DNA of 64,000 bases from Candidatus Latescibacterota bacterium (GTDB lineage Bacteria; Latescibacterota; UBA2968; UBA8231), in assembly GCA_965217585.1 (NCBI GenBank), contig OZ244561.1, positions 4,448,001-4,512,000 of the forward strand, written 5' to 3'. The translations under genes and the position numbers were made by a program. Below are positions 58,710-64,000 of the stretch, piece by piece; position 1 is the stretch's first letter, and each line of letters starts with the position of its first letter. The notes below the pieces were generated by a model. The model saw only the letters and a program-made list of their open reading frames with translations, was not told the origin of the DNA and did no database searches.

Positions 58710-61649
58710 TTGATCAGCGACGCCGAGAGCATCGCCGAGCACATCCGCTTTCTCAAACGCCGCATCTTGGGCAACGAGGTCGTCCATCACCAGACCTTGC
58801 CGGCGCGCCCGGCGCGCCTAGTCCACGACTTGGCTGGCCTGCCTCCGGCCATGACCCGCATCCTCGAAATCGCCCGCATTCCCGCGCTCTATACGCACCA
58901 AGCCGAGGGTATCCAAAAAGTGCTGGAGGGCCAGCACGTGGCCATTGCCACGCCCACGGCCTCGGGCAAGACCTTGGTGTACAACGCGCCCGTGCTAGCC
59001 ACGCTGCTCGACGACCCGGAGGCACACGCGCTCTACATCTTCCCGCTCAAGGCCCTGGAGCAGGATCAGTTCGACGAGCTAAGCGGCCTGATGCAGGGCT
59101 TGGGAGGCGAGCTGAGCGCGGCCATTTACGACGGCGACACTACGGGCCATCGCCGCCGGCAAATTCGCACCAAGCCACCGCACGTGCTCTTCACCACGCC
59201 GGACATGCTGCACTCGGGCATCCTGGCCTTCCACGAGGCTTGGGCCGGCTTCTTTGCCCGCCTGCGCTACGTGGTCATCGACGAGCTGCACGCATACAGC
59301 GGTGTCTTTGGCACCCACGTCCTGCACCTTTTTCGCCGCTTGAACCGCATCTGCGCGCACTATGGGTCCGAGCCGGTGTACATCACCAGCTCGGCGACGA
59401 TGGGCAACCCCCGCGAGCTGGCGGGCGAACTGCTCAACCGCTCCTTTTATGCGATTGAAGATCATGGCGCGCCGGCCGCGGCGCGTCACTTCGTGTTTGT
59501 CAACCCGAGCGAAAGCCCCAACACCCTCGCGGCCCACGTGCTGCGCGCCAGCGTGCTCAAGGAATACCGCACTATTGTCTTCACCCGCGCCCGCATCACC
59601 ACCGAACTGGTGTATCGCTGGGCTACCCAGAGCCGCCCGGACTTGCGGGAGCGGATTTCCTCGTATCGGGCTGGCTATTTGCCCACCGAGCGCCGCCAGA
59701 TCGAGCAGTCGCTCAACGGTGGCCAGCTCATGGGCGTGGTGGCCACGTCGGCCTTGGAACTGGGCATTGATATCGGCGGCTTGGACGTCTGCGTGCTGGT
59801 CGGCTATCCGGGTTCGATCATCAACACTTGGCAGCGCGCTGGCCGCGTGGGCCGCGCCGGCCGCGAATCGCTAATTCTCCTGATCGCGTCTCCCGACGCC
59901 CTCGACCAGTACTTTATGCGGCACCCAGGGGAGTTTTTCTCACGCGATTTAGAGGACGCGGTAGTGGACCCAACGAATCAGTACATCCTCAAAAATCATC
60001 TCACGTGCGCGGCGCGCGAACTGCCCCTCGCCGCCCGCGAACCCGAGTACGCGCTGTCCAACTATCAGGAGGCGATTGATGCGCTGACTGAAGAGGGCAC
60101 GCTATTGCAGAATGCCGAGGGCGACGCCTGGTTTGCCGCGCGCAAGCAGCCGCACCGCTTGGTCAACATGCGCACCATCGGCGAGTCGTATAACATCGTC
60201 GATCGCGGCGATAACCAGATCGGCACGGTCAGCGGCGGCCAGGTGTACGGCGAGTGCTACAAAGGCGCGATTTACTTGCATCGCGGCCGCCAGTACGAGA
60301 TCGGCGACCGCAATCCCGAGCGGGGCCAGATCTACGCTGAGGAAGTGGATGTGGCGTACTTCACCCGCGCCCGCACGGAAAAGGACACCGAGATCTTAGA
60401 GGAGCTGCGCTCGCGGCCGTTGCAGGGCTTTATGGCGCGGCTGGGCCGGCTCAAGGTCAGCTCGCAGGTGGTGGGCTACGAAAAGATCCGCGTCGGCGAC
60501 CAAGTCGTCCTCAGCAAACACTCCCTGGAATCGCCGGTGGAGCACTTTGAGACGATTGGTTTTTGGATTGAGCTCGACGCCCACTTCAAGGCCGACCTCA
60601 GCCGCCACCAGCACCACTACATGGGTTCGATCCACGCGATTGAACACGCCATGAAGTCGCTCTTCCCGCTGCTGGCCTTGTGCGACCGCACGGACGTCGG
60701 CGGGATCTGCTATCCGCAGCATCCCCAACTCGGCAAAGGCGCGATTTTCGTGTACGACTATCACCCCGGCGGCATTGGCCTGGCGGAAAAGGGCTTTGCC
60801 CAGCTCGACCGCCTCTTGGACATGACGCTTTCCATGGTCGAAACCTGCGATTGCCTGCTCGGCTGCCCGTCTTGCATCCATTTCCCCACGTGCGGCGCGG
60901 GCAATGTCCCCCTCGACAAGGACGGAGCGATCCACCTGCTCGGCGTACTCACGGGCCGCCGGGCCATCGAGCGCACCCCGTCCTCAGCCGAGGTCGAAGA
61001 AGCCCCGCCGATTTTCGCCGAGTGGGAGGAAGAAGAAAGCGCAGAGGATGCGCCGCCCGAGCAAGGCCCGCACATCGTCGTGTTCGACCTTGAAACCCAG
61101 CGCTCGGCCGCGGAAGTCGGCGGCTGGAACAAGGCCCACATGATGGGCATGTCGGTCGGCGTGGTGTGGGACAGCCGCGCGCAGGCCTGCACCACGTATT
61201 TTGAGGAAGACATCGACCGGCTGCTGGAGCACTTGCAGGCGGCCGATTTGGTCGTTGGCTTCAACATCATCGGCTTTGACTATTCGGTCTTGCGCGGGTA
61301 CAGCCCATTCGACTTCCGCACGCTCAACACGCTCGATATTCTGCGCGAAATCCACCAGCGGCTGCGCTACCGAGTGAGCCTCGACTCACTGGGCCGGGCC
61401 ACGCTCGACGCGCCCAAGAGCGCCGACGGTCTGGACGCGTTGCGGTGGTTCAAAGAGGGGCGGCTGGACTTGATTGCCGAGTACTGCCAAAAGGACGTGG
61501 AACTGACCCGCGACCTGTTCTACTTCGGGCTGAGAGAGAACTACCTGCTCTTCGACCGCCGCAACGAAGGGCGGATGCGCATCCCGCTCGACTGGAAGCT
61601 GGAGGACCTAGTGAGCGGGGGCGGACGCGATTGCCCGCAGGGCGGATAA
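58710..61649 (+). CDS. DEAD/DEAH helicase of MrfA/YprA(Hrq1) type with DUF1998 Zn-binding domain, fused to a C-terminal RNase_H_2-like exonuclease
   Basis: TPTASGKT, DELH, SAT, ATSALELGIDIG, QRAGRVGR, CDCLLGCPSC; then VFDLET, GFNIIGFD, YCQKDV. Confidence 0.9.
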   Translation: MISDAESIAEHIRFLKRRILGNEVVHHQTLPARPARLVHDLAGLPPAMTRILEIARIPALYTHQAEGIQKVLEGQHVAIATPTASGKTLVYNAPVLATLLDDPEAHALYIFPLKALEQDQFDELSGLMQGLGGELSAAIYDGDTTGHRRRQIRTKPPHVLFTTPDMLHSGILAFHEAWAGFFARLRYVVIDELHAYSGVFGTHVLHLFRRLNRICAHYGSEPVYITSSATMGNPRELAGELLNRSFYAIEDHGAPAAARHFVFVNPSESPNTLAAHVLRASVLKEYRTIVFTRARITTELVYRWATQSRPDLRERISSYRAGYLPTERRQIEQSLNGGQLMGVVATSALELGIDIGGLDVCVLVGYPGSIINTWQRAGRVGRAGRESLILLIASPDALDQYFMRHPGEFFSRDLEDAVVDPTNQYILKNHLTCAARELPLAAREPEYALSNYQEAIDALTEEGTLLQNAEGDAWFAARKQPHRLVNMRTIGESYNIVDRGDNQIGTVSGGQVYGECYKGAIYLHRGRQYEIGDRNPERGQIYAEEVDVAYFTRARTEKDTEILEELRSRPLQGFMARLGRLKVSSQVVGYEKIRVGDQVVLSKHSLESPVEHFETIGFWIELDAHFKADLSRHQHHYMGSIHAIEHAMKSLFPLLALCDRTDVGGICYPQHPQLGKGAIFVYDYHPGGIGLAEKGFAQLDRLLDMTLSMVETCDCLLGCPSCIHFPTCGAGNVPLDKDGAIHLLGVLTGRRAIERTPSSAEVEEAPPIFAEWEEEESAEDAPPEQGPHIVVFDLETQRSAAEVGGWNKAHMMGMSVGVVWDSRAQACTTYFEEDIDRLLEHLQAADLVVGFNIIGFDYSVLRGYSPFDFRTLNTLDILREIHQRLRYRVSLDSLGRATLDAPKSADGLDALRWFKEGRLDLIAEYCQKDVELTRDLFYFGLRENYLLFDRRNEGRMRIPLDWKLEDLVSGGGRDCPQGG

Positions 61650-61690
61650 ATGGCAGATTAGACCCGGCAATTATTAGCGAAAGGCAGCAG

Positions 61691-62887
61691 ATGAAAATCA
61701 CGGATCTTAAGTGCGCGGTCATTGGCAACAACCCGGTCGTCCGCATCAATACCGACGAGGGCCTCTACGGCCTCGGGGAAGTAGAGGCGAGCAAGTCCTA
61801 CCTCAAGCCCCACGTGATGTTCTACAAGGACTTCATCCTCGGCCAGGACCCGACCGACGTCGAGCGGGTGATGCTCAATATCCGGCGCTTGGGCAGCTTC
61901 AAGCCTTGGGGCAGCGCGGTCAGCGCGATTGAAATGGCGCTGTGGGACATTGCCGGCAAGGCCGTGGGAGCGCCCGTGTACAAGCTGCTCGGCGGCAAAA
62001 TCCGCGACCAAGTGCGGGTGTACAATGGCGCGGTGCGCTTCCCCATGGAGGGCGGCCGCTCGCCCGCGGACTACGCGGACAACATGCAGCGCATGATAGA
62101 CGCGCCGCAGAAGTTCAGCATCATCAAACAGGGCCTCGCCTTCCACGGCGGAGGGATCACTGAATCACCCGAACATTTCTACGGCACTCACCAAGCCGGC
62201 CCGTTCCACGCCAATCGCGGCCCCCTGAGCGAACGCGGTCTCAACTACACAGTCGATTGCATCCGCGCGATGAAGGAAGTATGCGGCGACGAGGTCGGTT
62301 TGGCGCTGGACTTAGGCCCGGGCTTTCTCGTGCCGGATGCGCGCCGCCTAGCCCAAGCGGTTGAAGACCTCAACGTGGCTTGGCTGGAGGATATGCTCAC
62401 TGGCGACTACGTCCCTTACGTTTCGGCGGATCATTACCGAGAGGTCACGCAGAGCACCTCGACCCCGATCCACACGGGCGAGCAGATCTACTTGCGGCAC
62501 AATTTTCAGGACCTGATTGAGAAGCGCGCCGTGGATATCATCGGCCCGGATCCTTGCGACATCGGCGGGATCGCCGAACTCAAATGGGTGGCTGAATACG
62601 CGGATCTGCACGGCATCCTCATGGCTCCCCACGGCGTGCTCGACGGCCTGTTGGGCTTGGCGGCCCTAGTCCAGGTCGCGGCAACGCTGCCGCAAAACTA
62701 CATTGCCTTTGAATATCCGACTGGCCACCCCGAGTGGTGGTACGACATCGTCGAGGGCTTGCCCGACCCGATTGTGGTCGATAGCCACATCGCCGTTTGG
62801 GACGCGCCTGGGATGGGTGTCGATCTAATCGCCGAAGAAGCGCGGCGCTATCTGCGCGAGGAAGACGCCGATTTCTTCGACCAATAG
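61691..62887 (+). CDS. Mandelate racemase/muconate lactonizing enzyme (enolase superfamily)
   Basis: MKITDLK start, VRINTDEGLYGLGE, SAIEMALWDIAGK, WLED, TGEQ, APH; start moved to ATG 61691. Confidence 0.92.
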   Translation: MKITDLKCAVIGNNPVVRINTDEGLYGLGEVEASKSYLKPHVMFYKDFILGQDPTDVERVMLNIRRLGSFKPWGSAVSAIEMALWDIAGKAVGAPVYKLLGGKIRDQVRVYNGAVRFPMEGGRSPADYADNMQRMIDAPQKFSIIKQGLAFHGGGITESPEHFYGTHQAGPFHANRGPLSERGLNYTVDCIRAMKEVCGDEVGLALDLGPGFLVPDARRLAQAVEDLNVAWLEDMLTGDYVPYVSADHYREVTQSTSTPIHTGEQIYLRHNFQDLIEKRAVDIIGPDPCDIGGIAELKWVAEYADLHGILMAPHGVLDGLLGLAALVQVAATLPQNYIAFEYPTGHPEWWYDIVEGLPDPIVVDSHIAVWDAPGMGVDLIAEEARRYLREEDADFFDQ

Positions 62888-62909
62888 AGATAGAATGGAA
62901 AGGAAAGGT

Positions 62910-63878
62910 ATGCGCGCGGCCCAACTAGTCGCCCCGCGTCAGTGGGAACTTATCGAGACGGACAAACCCCAGCCAGTCGGCGACCAGATGCTCGTGAGGA
63001 TGGAGCGGGTCGCGGTCTGCGGCAGCGACAAGCCGCCGTTTTGCGGCCCCTACAAGCGCTATCCGCAGCCGCCCGGAGCCACTGGTCACGAAGGCATGGG
63101 CGTGGTCGAAGCCTGCCCGTCGGGACGCTATCGGGAGGGCGAGCGGGTGCTGTTGTGGGGATTTGATCGCGGGCTTTTCCAGGAATACGTCCTCGCCAAG
63201 GACGATGGCGGCTGCATCCGCCTGCCCGGCGACCTGCCCGAGGAAAAGGTGCTGATGAGCCAGCTCTTGGGCACGGTGATCCACAGCTTCTACAAGCTGG
63301 GCAACATCATTGACCGAGACGTCGCAGTGATCGGCCAAGGGCCGGTGGGGCTGCTGTTCAACGCAGTGCTGCGCAATCTCGGTGCGCGCCGCATCATGGC
63401 GATCGATCCGCTGCCTTACCGCTTGGAGGTGGGCCGTCAGATGGGGGCCACACATGCGATTTGCTCGGCATCCCAAGACCCAGTCGCCGCGGTCGCCGAG
63501 ATCACGGACGGTGCCATGGCCGGTCTCGCGGTCGAGGCCGTGGGCGTCGCCGAGACCCTCGGTCTCGTACCGGACCTCTGCCGCCGCAACGCCGAGGTGA
63601 TATGCTTTGGCGTCCCGGACAAGGACCACGCCGAAGGCTTGGTGACGGTCAGGATGTTGGACCTGTTGCGCCAAGAGCTGCGCTTGATTTTCTCGATCGG
63701 CCCCAGCCCCGACCGCGACTACCGGCCCGCGCTCGACTGGATCGTCCAAGGGCGCATTGACGTGGCTCCGATTGTCAGCCACGTCCTGCCCTTTGCCGAG
63801 ATCCAGCAAGCCTTTGCCATGGCCTTCGACGATCCCGAGCCGCATCAAGCCCTGAAGATCGTGCTCAAATTCCCCTAA
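62910..63878 (+). CDS. Zinc-binding MDR family dehydrogenase
   Basis: VCGSD, GHEGMG, GQGPVG; lacks the structural Zn Cys cluster; start ATG 62910 behind GAAAGG. Confidence 0.9.
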   Translation: MRAAQLVAPRQWELIETDKPQPVGDQMLVRMERVAVCGSDKPPFCGPYKRYPQPPGATGHEGMGVVEACPSGRYREGERVLLWGFDRGLFQEYVLAKDDGGCIRLPGDLPEEKVLMSQLLGTVIHSFYKLGNIIDRDVAVIGQGPVGLLFNAVLRNLGARRIMAIDPLPYRLEVGRQMGATHAICSASQDPVAAVAEITDGAMAGLAVEAVGVAETLGLVPDLCRRNAEVICFGVPDKDHAEGLVTVRMLDLLRQELRLIFSIGPSPDRDYRPALDWIVQGRIDVAPIVSHVLPFAEIQQAFAMAFDDPEPHQALKIVLKFP

Positions 63879-63902
63879 CCCTGAGCGGAAAGGCATCCAA
63901 TC

Positions 63903-64000
63903 ATGCAAGTTACCCAAATCGAAGTCCACGAGATCGAGCTCGCCTACCACGACTGGATCGCCTATCCGCTCAATCACTACTACGGCCCCGCCGGCCGCAC
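63903..64000 (+). CDS. Probable enolase-superfamily protein, N-terminal fragment (runs off window edge)
   Basis: MQVTQIEVHEIELAYHDWIAYPLNHYYG resembles MR/MLE N-termini; GAAAGG RBS. Confidence 0.55.
   Translation, partial: MQVTQIEVHEIELAYHDWIAYPLNHYYGPAGR

Noticed and set aside
58710-61649. DISARM DrmA/DrmB or Druantia defence helicase
   Set aside because: Single Hrq1/MrfA-type architecture with no methylase or other system genes adjacent.

Overview
GC-rich bacterial chromosome window. By inference from gene families (DUF6785-type transporters, a C-terminal 'AVE..SWG.IK' motif, FlgD-Ig proteins, an LRR/FN3 lipoprotein), it is probably Latescibacterota or a similar lineage, possibly sponge-associated. 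The left end is housekeeping: an SDR fragment, lpdA-sucB-sucA and purL. Directly after purL comes a ~26 kb block (9571-35483) bracketed by an 81-bp degenerate direct repeat of the purL 3' end (71/81 identical), with no integrase inside. The block holds one long minus-strand gene run: secreted protein, PhyH dioxygenase, OPT-like DUF6785 transporter, three paralogous discoidin/FlgD-Ig secreted proteins, a large probable outer-membrane protein, a lipoprotein and a parvulin foldase. This run is translationally coupled to a glycine/betaine-reductase-like grdC-grdA-grdB-grdE cluster. grdA and grdB each contain an in-frame UGA (selenocysteine) followed by a SECIS-like hairpin, so the ORF track splits both. 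A second DUF6785 transporter and a TPR lipoprotein complete the block. The right part has oxidoreductase and sulfatase genes, flotillin/NfeD, peptidases, a sigma54-type promoter before hsp20, and GTAG REP-like elements. It also has an LRR lipoprotein with a long, highly structured 5' leader, a GmrSD-like plus nuclease pair, a decayed toxin-antitoxin pair, SulP, a MrfA-like helicase fused to an exonuclease, and enolase-superfamily genes. All family calls come from motifs read by eye; no database search was run.
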